A stretch of 34,113 nucleotides of DNA from Candidatus Dadabacteria bacterium (GCA_022615255.1 JAKEHC010000037.1:1-34113); one strand, 5' to 3'; positions 8,380 through 16,071 are shown, counted from the first letter of the stretch. Numbers and translations: made by a program. Notes: a model not told the origin generated them from the letters alone.

Positions 8380-9699
8380 TTACGCTATAGGCTTCCTGCT
8401 TTCCTCTATGCCTCGTGCTTCATTCACAAAAAGAAGGAGGAGTAAGCCGAGAGCAAAAAATACTATAAGCGCTATCACTGCAAGACGAATTGAGTCAAAT
8501 GCGTGGCTAATAAATGCAAAGGTGAATGGGCCTATTGCAGATGAAAATTTACCGCCTAGGGCATAGAATCCGAAAAACTCCGCTGTTTTTTCACGCGGGG
8601 TAAAAAGCCCGAACAGGGAGCGGCTTACTGCCTGACTACCTCCCAATATAAATGCAATGAACACCCCTATCGTCCAGAATTCAAATTTCGTCTTAATAAA
8701 AAAAGCCCATATTACAACGGCACACCAAATAACCAAGCTGAGAATAATCGCTCGTTTGTTGCCGAGTTTATCAGCTACGTACCCCAATAATAGAGAACCA
8801 GAAAAGGCTACGATTTGTCCAACGAGGAATAAGGTTATAATCTCAGACTGGGATATCCCTAAAAGCTCGCTTCCAAAAACAGCTGCCATGACTATCACGG
8901 TCTCAATCCCTTCATTATAGACTAGAAAGGTAATTAAAAACTTAAATAGCTCCTTATGTTGCCTGATCCTTTTAAATGTAAGCACCACCCGTTTGAATCC
9001 TATGCTTATATAGTTCTCCCCAGTTGGTAGTGGATTTCCCCATCTCCTCTCTCGAACCAAGAGAAATGTAAATACGGCAAAGAGAGCCCACCAGGCTGCG
9101 ACAGAGAGGATAACAAAACGAACCGGTAGATGGTCTTTATCTGGAATTCCAAGGACCTCTGGGTATCGAATCATGACGAGGTTTATGGCAAGAAGTATAC
9201 CTCCGCCTATAAACCCGAGTGCCCACCCAAAGCCTGAAATCCTTCCTATGTTTTCCTTTGTGGAAATCTCCGGGAGAAAGGCGTTATAGAAACCTAAACT
9301 TCCTGCAAAGAAGTAGTTTGCCAGCATATAAAAAATCATTGCAAATATGTAATCTCCCTCTTTTGCGAAAAATAGAAGCCCTGTAAAAAGACAGGCAAGG
9401 TAACAATATAGAAAAAGAAATTTTTTCTTTGTCCCGGAAAAATCAGCTATGGCGCCTAAGATTGGTGATGTAAATATAACCAATACGATTGATAAAGATA
9501 CTGTGTAGCCCCAGAGAGCGCTTGCAGGTATATTGTGTCCAAATATGTCCGCTCCGCCATCCCCTACCACCACCTTTGTAAAATAAACATTAAATACAAC
9601 AGAGCTTATTGTTGTAGCAAACGCCGAGTTAGCGAAATCGTACATCCCCCAACCGAATATCTCCTTCCTGTCGGGAATGGCTGTTTGATTCTGGCTCAC
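8380..9699 (-). CDS. MFS transporter, UMF1/Atg22-like family
   Basis: 439 aa with about 12 hydrophobic segments. The N-terminal FGWGMYDFANSAFATTI is typical of the UMF1 family. Confidence 0.8.
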   Translation of the reverse strand: MSQNQTAIPDRKEIFGWGMYDFANSAFATTISSVVFNVYFTKVVVGDGGADIFGHNIPASALWGYTVSLSIVLVIFTSPILGAIADFSGTKKKFLFLYCYLACLFTGLLFFAKEGDYIFAMIFYMLANYFFAGSLGFYNAFLPEISTKENIGRISGFGWALGFIGGGILLAINLVMIRYPEVLGIPDKDHLPVRFVILSVAAWWALFAVFTFLLVRERRWGNPLPTGENYISIGFKRVVLTFKRIRQHKELFKFLITFLVYNEGIETVIVMAAVFGSELLGISQSEIITLFLVGQIVAFSGSLLLGYVADKLGNKRAIILSLVIWCAVVIWAFFIKTKFEFWTIGVFIAFILGGSQAVSRSLFGLFTPREKTAEFFGFYALGGKFSSAIGPFTFAFISHAFDSIRLAVIALIVFFALGLLLLLFVNEARGIEESRKPIA

Positions 9700-9790
9700 G
9701 GTGTAATCTCCCTAAATCCTCCTTTGTATAGACTGGACACAAGGGTTACAAAGGGGGAATTTAATTGCTTCTCCCATTTTACAAACAAAT

Positions 9791-9818
9791 GTAAGGGCGA
9801 CCGGCCGGTCGCCCTTAC
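9791..9818. repeat. REP-like 28-nt perfect palindrome (GTAAGGGCGACCGGCCGGTCGCCCTTAC)
   Basis: Perfectly self-complementary 28-mer upstream of the MFS gene. It has the same length and the same GTA...TAC termini as the other copies. Confidence 0.9.
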
Positions 9819-9822
9819 CTTC

Positions 9823-9843
9823 CCCTCCTTTTGTAAAGGAGGG
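9823..9843. repeat. Second hairpin next to the REP (CCCTCCTTT-tgt-AAAGGAGGG)
   Basis: A 9-bp perfect stem 4 nt downstream of the 28-mer. Confidence 0.6.
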
Positions 9844-9960
9844 CTAGGGTGTATTTTGGATTGCTTCACGGAGTTTCCACAGAGCTAAGCAAACGTGTTC
9901 ACAATAAGACCACTGGGATGTCATTAACACTACACTCAGATCACAACCTAGGCTCACTTT

Positions 9961-10575
9961 TTAAACCATCATAGGCTTAACCTTGGCTCTTGGCTTAACA
10001 TCCCTCTCATAAAGCCTTGGATCGTTCTGCCAGGTCATGAACCTGTCGAAGATCTCCTTCAGTTTCTTCCTTACAGAAGTCCAGTGAAAATTCCAATCGT
10101 AGTCTACTCGTCCTTTAAAAAACATCTGGTAGAAGATGCCCCTTTCCTCCGCTCTTCCCTTCTCCCCTATCCACCCCGTGCGGGCATAGCCATACCCGCT
10201 TCCAAATCCAATGCTAAATGTTCCTAAAAGGCCAAGCTTCTCCCCGGCTTTTGCAGCAAACTCGATAAACACATAAAGAGCTTCTATAGTCTTATACCCG
10301 TACTGGTCAAAGTTCTTATCCATCAAAATAAGGTTTTTAAGAAGATACATTGGATAAAATGTGGGGGCATAGCCTGAAACGGATTTTGTAGGGCTTATTA
10401 TTGGCTCCCTGATTATTACGTCTTCTTCTATAATCCCTATCATAAAATCCTCCTGGGAAAACTCTCCTATATCGCCGCAGTGGTCAAGAGATATTCGTAA
10501 ATTACTCCACTCCCTTTTTGCAATACCAATAGCCTTTTCCAGGGTTTCTCTTCTTTTTTCGTATTCATCAAGCAT
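9961..10575 (-). CDS. Hypothetical protein (204 aa, no motif recognised)
   Basis: Long ORF with no competing frame. It has no signal peptide or TM segment and contains a Gly/Tyr-rich patch (FSIGFGSGYGYARTGWIGEKG). I cannot assign a family. Confidence 0.6.
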   Translation of the reverse strand: MLDEYEKRRETLEKAIGIAKREWSNLRISLDHCGDIGEFSQEDFMIGIIEEDVIIREPIISPTKSVSGYAPTFYPMYLLKNLILMDKNFDQYGYKTIEALYVFIEFAAKAGEKLGLLGTFSIGFGSGYGYARTGWIGEKGRAEERGIFYQMFFKGRVDYDWNFHWTSVRKKLKEIFDRFMTWQNDPRLYERDVKPRAKVKPMMV

Positions 10576-10717
10576 TTAACATCCTTCCCCCGGTTGTAAC
10601 TTGGGCGCTTTAAATATACATATTTGATCTTGAATTATCAAAGGATTGTTTGTCTTATGCCAATAACATTTTGAACCAATATTCTCTCCTCATTTAATAC
10701 CGTGTGATTTTCACTTT

Positions 10718-10745
10718 GTAGAGACGTATTGCAATGCGTCTTTAC
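10718..10745. repeat. REP-like 28-nt palindrome, GTAGAGAC subfamily (GTAGAGACGTATTGCAATGCGTCTTTAC)
   Basis: Self-complementary apart from two positions, both G.U-compatible. It lies in a divergent intergenic region. Confidence 0.85.
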
Positions 10746-10870
10746 TGCACCTTCTTAAATTCTCTAATCAATGCCCTTCCAGCAATCTGCGGGAATATCA
10801 GCATATCAACACACATTCTCTTCCGTCATTACGGGGGCGCATTATTTCGAGCGCAGTTTTCAATGACTGT

Positions 10871-10898
10871 GTAGGGGCACGGCATGCCGTGCCCCTAC
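10871..10898. repeat. REP-like 28-nt perfect palindrome, GTAGGGGCAC subfamily (GTAGGGGCACGGCATGCCGTGCCCCTAC)
   Basis: Perfect palindrome, 55 nt upstream of the LON-domain gene. Confidence 0.9.
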
Positions 10899-10952
10899 TA
10901 AATATAAATCCCACTACCTGTCCAAGCCCTTATTTGGTAAAATATTTATATA

Positions 10953-11654
10953 ATGAGGAATTTTACCTTTGACCTAAGAAGCGTTTTAAATCTTCAAGGC
11001 TTTTCTGGAACCATACCTCTTTTCCCGCTGGCTACTGTCGTATTCTTTCCAAACACACTTCTTCCGCTCCATGTGTTTGAGCAAAGGTACAGGCAGATGG
11101 TAAAGGATGTCACGGATTCAGAGCGCATCATAGGGATGGTGCTTTTAAAACCGGGGTGGGAGAAAAGCTATGAGGGAAGCCCAGAAATTTACAGCGTGGC
11201 AGGCATGGGAAGAATCGTTAACTCGGAACCTCTGGAGGATGGAAGGTTCAATATCGTCCTCTACGGATTAAAAAGGGTAAAGATTGTTGAAATTGTGAAA
11301 GAACATCCTTACAGGCTAGCCCGCGTCGAGATATTAGAGGATGTGCATGGTGTAAATGAGGATATTTATAGAGAGCGCATAGTTGAGCTAGTATTAAGGT
11401 GGAATGAAATCATAGGAAAAGAAAACGAATCCCATCTAATAAATATAGACACACGGCTTCCGCTTGAGAACCTCATAGATGCCATCGCTTCATTGAGTGT
11501 GTCCAATGTATTCGAAAAGCAGGAGATTCTTGAAGAGGTTAACGTCCAGAAAAGAGCGGAAAAAATCCTAACACATCTTGAGATAAAGATCGAGGTCATT
11601 TCCATAGTCGCAAATAGAAGAAGTCAGATTGTAGAAAAGAGAAATCTCAATTGA
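10953..11654 (+). CDS. LON N-terminal substrate-binding domain protein (stand-alone LON domain)
   Basis: IPLFPLATVVFFPNTLLPLHVFEQRYRQMV is the characteristic start of the Lon N-terminal (PUA-like) domain. At 233 aa, the protein has no AAA+ or protease part. Confidence 0.8.
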   Translation: MRNFTFDLRSVLNLQGFSGTIPLFPLATVVFFPNTLLPLHVFEQRYRQMVKDVTDSERIIGMVLLKPGWEKSYEGSPEIYSVAGMGRIVNSEPLEDGRFNIVLYGLKRVKIVEIVKEHPYRLARVEILEDVHGVNEDIYRERIVELVLRWNEIIGKENESHLINIDTRLPLENLIDAIASLSVSNVFEKQEILEEVNVQKRAEKILTHLEIKIEVISIVANRRSQIVEKRNLN

Positions 11655-11660
11655 AGCGCT

Positions 11661-11737
11661 GCATGACGCATCATTTATCTTGCATCATGTATCATGCATC
11701 CTCCAACGTGCATGATGAATCTCGCATCCTGCTTAAT
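11661..11737. repeat. Heptad-periodic intergenic element (GCATCAT-type units)
   Basis: Eleven consecutive 7-nt units in one phase: gcatgac gcatcat ttatctt gcatcat gtatcat gcatcct ccaacgt gcatgat gaatctc gcatcct gcttaat. An internal hairpin ATCATGCA (11691-98) / TGCATGAT (11709-16) is present. The element fills a convergent gap. Confidence 0.8.
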
Positions 11738-11742
11738 AGCGG

Positions 11743-12537
11743 CTAACTACCTCTAAGGAGGAAATCTAAGACCAATCTATCTACCTCTTCTTGTCTTTCT
11801 CTCCAAAACCCGTGTCCGACCCCTTTAAGCATCTTTAACTTTGCACTCGGAATTAGCTCTGCTAATTCACGCGACCGCTTAGTTGAAACGCTTAAATCCT
11901 GTTCACCAGACATTACTAGAGTAGGGCACTTAATTTTTCCAACTAAATCCTTAGTATTATGACCTTCACACGCAATACTCTGCCTGATATAACCTGTAAG
12001 AGCCTCAGGGTTTTCAGGAATTTTTGCTAAGGTCTCTTTTATTGAACTTAGATTCTTTTCAATATATTCTCTGGTGTATCCCCAGAAGATAGCGGTAAGC
12101 CATACAGCTTTCATCCCTATTTTCGTTGCCGTTTCCCTGCCCATTCTGAGGATCTCGTTTCCCACCTCATCACGTGAGGCGGATGTACAGCCTAAAACAA
12201 GCTTTTTTACTATATCCGGATGCTTTATCGCCAGCCACTGTCCTATCATCCCACCCATGGATTTTCCCGCTACGTAAGAAGACCTGACGCCGAGCGCGCG
12301 AAGAAGCTCTCTGGTATCATCAGCCATAAGCTCTGTTGTATAAGGCACGTCTGGTTTATCTGATTTTCCTGCTCCCCTATTATCAAAAGCTATCACCATG
12401 AAGTGTTTCGAATAAATGGGTATCTGAGTAGCCCAGCTTTGAATCTCGCTCCCAAGCCCGCCGATGAGAATAACGGGAGGTCCCTCACCGTAGGTTTCAT
12501 AATAGATTCTGATTCCGTTTACATTAGCGTAAGGCAT
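11743..12537 (-). CDS. Alpha/beta hydrolase fold protein
   Basis: HG-type oxyanion region (VILIGGLG), nucleophile elbow GKSMGG and a C-terminal GHGF histidine motif. 264 aa. Confidence 0.85.
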   Translation of the reverse strand: MPYANVNGIRIYYETYGEGPPVILIGGLGSEIQSWATQIPIYSKHFMVIAFDNRGAGKSDKPDVPYTTELMADDTRELLRALGVRSSYVAGKSMGGMIGQWLAIKHPDIVKKLVLGCTSASRDEVGNEILRMGRETATKIGMKAVWLTAIFWGYTREYIEKNLSSIKETLAKIPENPEALTGYIRQSIACEGHNTKDLVGKIKCPTLVMSGEQDLSVSTKRSRELAELIPSAKLKMLKGVGHGFWRERQEEVDRLVLDFLLRGS

Positions 12538-12545
12538 TTTTTTTC

Positions 12546-12625
12546 TTAGCCACGGAGTACACAGAGATCATGGGGTTTTAATTCTGTTTAAAAATCCTAA
12601 ACTCTCTGTTCCCTCTGTGGCTTAA
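12546..12625. repeat. ~80-nt element with TTAGCCAC(A/G)GAG terminal inverted repeats
   Basis: The left arm is TTAGCCACGGAGTACACAGAG. The right arm is CTCTCTGTTCCCTCTGTGGCTTAA, whose reverse complement is TTAAGCCACAGAGGGAACAGAGAG. The core is A/T-rich. It fills the gap between the ruvX stop and the hydrolase start and is related to the element at 29440-29513. Confidence 0.8.
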
Positions 12626-13048
12626 TCAATTTCTTTCCTTTCTTTTTTTCTCTAAATAACCCTCAAGTATAAAAGCGGCAGCCATTTTATCAATAACCTT
12701 CTTTCTCTTTTTTCGGCTGAGGTCTGCCTCAATCAGCATCTTTTCTGCATCCGCTGTGGAGAAGCTCTCATCCCAGTACTCGACGGGCAGAGAGAAAGCA
12801 TTCTTTATTTCTTCGGCAAATTTTAATATACCCTCTCCTCTTTTATTGACTGTGCCATCATCATTATAAGGGACACCGACTAAAACCTCAGAGGGATTGT
12901 ACTGACCTATAATTCTACGAAGCGCCTCCAGATCGCGCTTCAAGTCAGTCCTTTTTATAGTCGTAACCCCATGAGCCGCAATCCCAAGCTCATCGCTTAC
13001 GGCAACCCCGATTGTTTTTGTACCAATGTCTAGTGCTAAGATGCGCAT
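12626..13048 (-). CDS. ruvX: Holliday junction resolvase-like protein RuvX (YqgF)
   Basis: MRILALDIGTKTIGVAVSD at the N-terminus. The 140-aa length and the C-terminal DKMAAAFILEGYL are typical of YqgF. Confidence 0.9.
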   Translation of the reverse strand: MRILALDIGTKTIGVAVSDELGIAAHGVTTIKRTDLKRDLEALRRIIGQYNPSEVLVGVPYNDDGTVNKRGEGILKFAEEIKNAFSLPVEYWDESFSTADAEKMLIEADLSRKKRKKVIDKMAAAFILEGYLEKKRKERN

Positions 13049-13137
13049 CAGGAGAATTTAAAATCTGATATTGTTCTAGTTATACTGTAAACTTCAGTTA
13101 ATTGAAATAAGATACCAGCATAAACCAATTTAAAACA

Positions 13138-14373
13138 ATGCATATGAGTTATAAAAGCATAAAAGCCTTTAATGAAATTTCTTGGTCTAGTTTTTTTAAA
13201 GAGTATTCTGATCGTATAAGAGAAGAAATAGAAAGTAAAGGGAAAAAGTACATATTAGGAGTCGACGAAGAAGAATACAAAAATTACCTTTTTGAAAAAT
13301 ACTTGCTTGAACCCTTAGAAATTGATATAAAAAACGAACAAACTGACGAACCAACAAAATCAACAGAATGGGTCGAGAGTAGAATACCAGGCAACAAATT
13401 TCAGCGAGAATTTTATATTTTTACAGTTAGGTACCTCTTTAAAGGTTTTCCAATCCTGTTCAGAGTACAACCCGATACCTGGCAAGTAACCTCATATGAT
13501 ATCTATGTTGATGAAGAAAATTCAACGGTATCTTTCAATTTTAAACTTTACAACAAAGACCCAGAAGAATTCAAAAGAAAAAAATCAAATTGTTTTACTG
13601 ATGCATTTATAAATATTGAAAATATCAATAAAAATGCTAAAAGTTGGAATGATTCGCTTAGGCATTTAGTAAGTTCTTTATTTAATTCGCTAAAAGCAAA
13701 GTACCTAGATGAAAATAAATTTTTCGAGGCAATCAATATCAAAGCAAATAAGGATGCTGACTCTATCTTTACTGCACCAACTATAAAGAAAAAAATTATT
13801 CCGCAACCAGCTGTATCTTCAAAAAAAGAGCTTTCTTCCGTGCCCACAATGAGTAAGGAAATGTACGATGATGTTCTAAGAGTTATTTACAATGCAGGAA
13901 AAAGTATGGAAAAGAAACCTGCCCTATATCAAGATAAAGATGAAGAAGGGTTAAGAGATCAGTTCCTTTTTATGCTAGAAACAAGATATGAAGGTACAAC
14001 TGCTACAGGGGAAACATTTAATAGAAGTGGCAAGACCGATATTCTGCTAAAGTACGCCAAAGATGGTAGTAACCTATTTGTTGCTGAATGCAAATTTTGG
14101 CATGGAGCTTCCGAATTTCGTGAAGCTATCAATCAATTATTTGATAAATATTTAACTTGGAGAGATTCTAAGGTGGCTTTAATACTATTTGTAAAAAACA
14201 AAGAATTTACAAAAGTCATAGAGACAATCAAGTCTGAGACAGTAAAACACCCATATTTTACTACGGAAATGGGAACAAGAGGAGAAACCTCTTTTTCTTA
14301 TATTTTTCATCTACCACAAGATAAAGAGAAGGACGTTTATTTTGAAATAATAGCCTTCCATTACGATAAATAA
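13138..14373 (+). CDS. Orphan 411-aa protein: unrecognised N-terminal domain plus a C-terminal PD-(D/E)xK-type nuclease-like domain
   Basis: Long ORF in a markedly AT-rich stretch with no SD upstream. The C-terminal half reads EEGLRDQFLFMLE...GKTD(301)ILLKY-x11-FVAE(317)CK(319)FW, followed by the helix ASEFREAINQLFDKYL and the strand VALILFV. This is the canonical E...D...ExK order of the restriction-endonuclease fold. I recognise nothing in residues 1-230. Confidence 0.75.
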   Translation: MHMSYKSIKAFNEISWSSFFKEYSDRIREEIESKGKKYILGVDEEEYKNYLFEKYLLEPLEIDIKNEQTDEPTKSTEWVESRIPGNKFQREFYIFTVRYLFKGFPILFRVQPDTWQVTSYDIYVDEENSTVSFNFKLYNKDPEEFKRKKSNCFTDAFINIENINKNAKSWNDSLRHLVSSLFNSLKAKYLDENKFFEAINIKANKDADSIFTAPTIKKKIIPQPAVSSKKELSSVPTMSKEMYDDVLRVIYNAGKSMEKKPALYQDKDEEGLRDQFLFMLETRYEGTTATGETFNRSGKTDILLKYAKDGSNLFVAECKFWHGASEFREAINQLFDKYLTWRDSKVALILFVKNKEFTKVIETIKSETVKHPYFTTEMGTRGETSFSYIFHLPQDKEKDVYFEIIAFHYDK

Positions 14374-14376
14374 AAT

Positions 14377-14499
14377 ATGGTTAATGAGCAAAAGGCAAAG
14401 CAAATAGCACAATCTTGGATAGAAACCTGGAACCGTCACGACCTCGTTGCCATATTATCTCATTATGTCGATGATATGGAGTTCACGTCAATTACATAG
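14377..14499 (+). pseudogene. Remnant (first ~40 codons) of a SnoaL/NTF2-like (ketosteroid isomerase-like) gene
   Basis: MVNEQKAKQIAQSWIETWNRHDLVAILSHYVDDMEFTSIT* matches the typical N-terminus of SnoaL-like proteins (..W..AWN.HDLDA....Y.DD.EF.SP), which are normally about 110-140 aa. It stops at a TAG after 40 codons, and no frame continues the homology. Its base composition resembles the host-like genes rather than its AT-rich neighbours. Confidence 0.6.
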
Positions 14500-14590
14500 T
14501 ATATCTCTTCATACTACTAAAGAAATTCACCTGCAGAATTCAAGGTCACAATCTTCAAGCAAATGAAACAGAAGTTCTAATGTTGTTTCT

Positions 14591-14629
14591 TTGCTTTATT
14601 TAGGTGTATATTATATTATTAACATACAC
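14591..14629 (+). promoter_or_regulatory. Putative vapBC promoter with an overlapping inverted-repeat operator
   Basis: TTGCTT (14591-96), a 17-nt spacer, then TATTAT (14614-19). The inverted repeat GTGTATATTA...TTAACATACAC (14604-14629; the outer arms match at 9 of 10 positions) spans the -10 element. The SD GGAGA lies at 14633-37. Confidence 0.5.
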
Positions 14630-14643
14630 ACTGGAGACCGAAG

Positions 14644-14838
14644 ATGAAAAAGGCAAGAGAAAGACTAAAAAGAAAAAATATATACTTAGATGAGGGAAAG
14701 CTTAAAGAACTAAGAGAGATACTAAATGTCAACACAAACAGTGAGGCTTTAAGAGAAGCCACAGAAATTGTAGTATCGGGGAAGAAGATTTCAGAGGCTT
14801 TTGAAAGACTCAGAATTAGGGGTACTTGGGGAAGGTGA
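14644..14838 (+). CDS. vapB: Type II antitoxin, VapB-like (DUF2191-type)
   Basis: A 64-aa basic protein. NIYLDEGKLKELREILNVNTNSEALREATEIVV resembles DUF2191-type VapB antitoxins. It has an SD upstream, and its stop overlaps the start of the PIN gene. Confidence 0.7.
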   Translation: MKKARERLKRKNIYLDEGKLKELREILNVNTNSEALREATEIVVSGKKISEAFERLRIRGTWGR

Positions 14839-15284
14839 CAAAGCTAAGGGGGATTGTATTTGACTCCTCGATATTAATCCCGTATCTCCGTGGACTTCGT
14901 TATGGAGAATTGGTAAAAACTGTTTTCGAGAAAGGAAGAGGGTTTATAGTAACACTAGTACTGTTTGAGCTTTATAGCGGAGTCCGCTCTAAAGAGGATA
15001 AAAAAGAGTTAGATATCATATTCCAAGAATCTCGAAGGATAGGTAGGATACTTAGCCCTGAGATAGATGATTGGTCAAAAGCTGGACTATTTGTATCTCA
15101 ATATATAAGACTTTACGGTAGAGTTGAACCGAGAGACCACATGAATGATTTAATGATTGCTTTAGTTGCATCAAAACATGGGCACACAGTTATTACCGAG
15201 AATAAAAAGCATTTTGAAAACTGGAAAAGAATTTTCAATAGATCAGGGATTCAGCTTAATTTCATAGATATGGCAGTTCTATGA
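14835..15284 (+). CDS. vapC: PIN-domain ribonuclease toxin VapC
   Basis: The PIN acidic residues are in order: VFDSS (Asp), LFELYSG (Glu), MNDLMIA (Asp), and ITEN near the C-terminus. The GTG at 14835 overlaps the vapB TGA (GTGA), suggesting translational coupling. The listed ORF starts at a TTG at 14826. Confidence 0.8.
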   Translation: MTKLRGIVFDSSILIPYLRGLRYGELVKTVFEKGRGFIVTLVLFELYSGVRSKEDKKELDIIFQESRRIGRILSPEIDDWSKAGLFVSQYIRLYGRVEPRDHMNDLMIALVASKHGHTVITENKKHFENWKRIFNRSGIQLNFIDMAVL

Positions 15285-15301
15285 AATTTCCCAAACCCTT
15301 C

Positions 15302-15922
15302 TTAAAACGATGACCCCGGTTGTTTTAAGAATTCAATCTCTTGAGACGTTGATTTGCGCTCGAGTATTTCGTTTCTATGAGGAAATCTGCCAAACCTTTC
15401 GATAATCACATAGTGCCTCTCTGCATAATCCCTAAATTCCGTCATCATTGACGCTAAAGAAGGTGGAGAGGTAAAGAGTTTCTCCAGGATAGTAAAATAT
15501 TCAACTGACTTCTTTTGCATCTCTAAGTCTTCTGAATGCTCTAAGGGCATATAAAAGAAAAGCCTTTCGACTGGATGGAGTTTCTTATCAAAACCCTTCT
15601 GAACCCCTCGCAAGTAAACTCCGAGCGCCAACGAGTCTTGGGCAAACGCCCTTTCAGTTCCTCGATACATATTTCTTGAAAACTGATCTAGCAGTATTAT
15701 AAGAGCCAGTGTTCCTTGAGGTGAATCCTCCCAGCTTTTTAACTTACCTTCTACAGCATATTTTAAGTCATCCTCAAAATTGGTTTTTATGGACTCATCA
15801 ACCTCATTACTCTTTGAAAACCACATTTTGTAGTATTCGCCTGAAGGCGCCTCGCCCTCTTTAAGTTCACCAAACCAGTAATTTAGAATTACTCTCTGAC
15901 GTTGTTCATATTCTAAGTTCAT
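15302..15922 (-). CDS. DUF924 family protein
   Basis: ILNYWFGE..., LALIILLDQFSRNMYRGT, YMPLEHSED and RFGRFPHRNEILERKST form the characteristic DUF924 motif series. Confidence 0.85.
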   Translation of the reverse strand: MNLEYEQRQRVILNYWFGELKEGEAPSGEYYKMWFSKSNEVDESIKTNFEDDLKYAVEGKLKSWEDSPQGTLALIILLDQFSRNMYRGTERAFAQDSLALGVYLRGVQKGFDKKLHPVERLFFYMPLEHSEDLEMQKKSVEYFTILEKLFTSPPSLASMMTEFRDYAERHYVIIERFGRFPHRNEILERKSTSQEIEFLKQPGSSF

Positions 15923-16071
15923 TAGGCAACTCCAGCCGACATAAAACTCTCATGCTAATACAAAGGGATTGCTTCTCAATTCATTTATTGTACCCCAAAT
16001 AACGATTTGTAGTTTAATTTACACAGAACCGCCGTGTGGTTGGATGGGTAATAAAAAACGCGATGGCCAAT

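Noticed and set aside
9535-9888. 117-aa plus-strand ORF spanning the MFS gene 5' end and the REP region
   Set aside because: It runs antisense through the MFS start and then straight across two palindromic repeats. The translated repeat explains the open frame.
10945-10955. TATAAT overlapping the ATG of the LON-domain gene, considered as a sign of a leaderless transcript
   Set aside because: The hexamer overlaps the start codon itself, so a transcript initiated from it would begin downstream of the ATG. It is more likely a coincidence in AT-rich DNA.
13093-15270. Possible direct repeats flanking the AT-rich islet (TTCAGTTAATTGAAATAAGATA at 13093-13114 versus TTCAGCTTAATTTCATAGATA at 15250-15270)
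   Set aside because: The match is imperfect and needs indels. The right copy lies inside the vapC coding sequence, and both are in very AT-rich DNA where such matches arise by chance. This is not good enough to call att sites.
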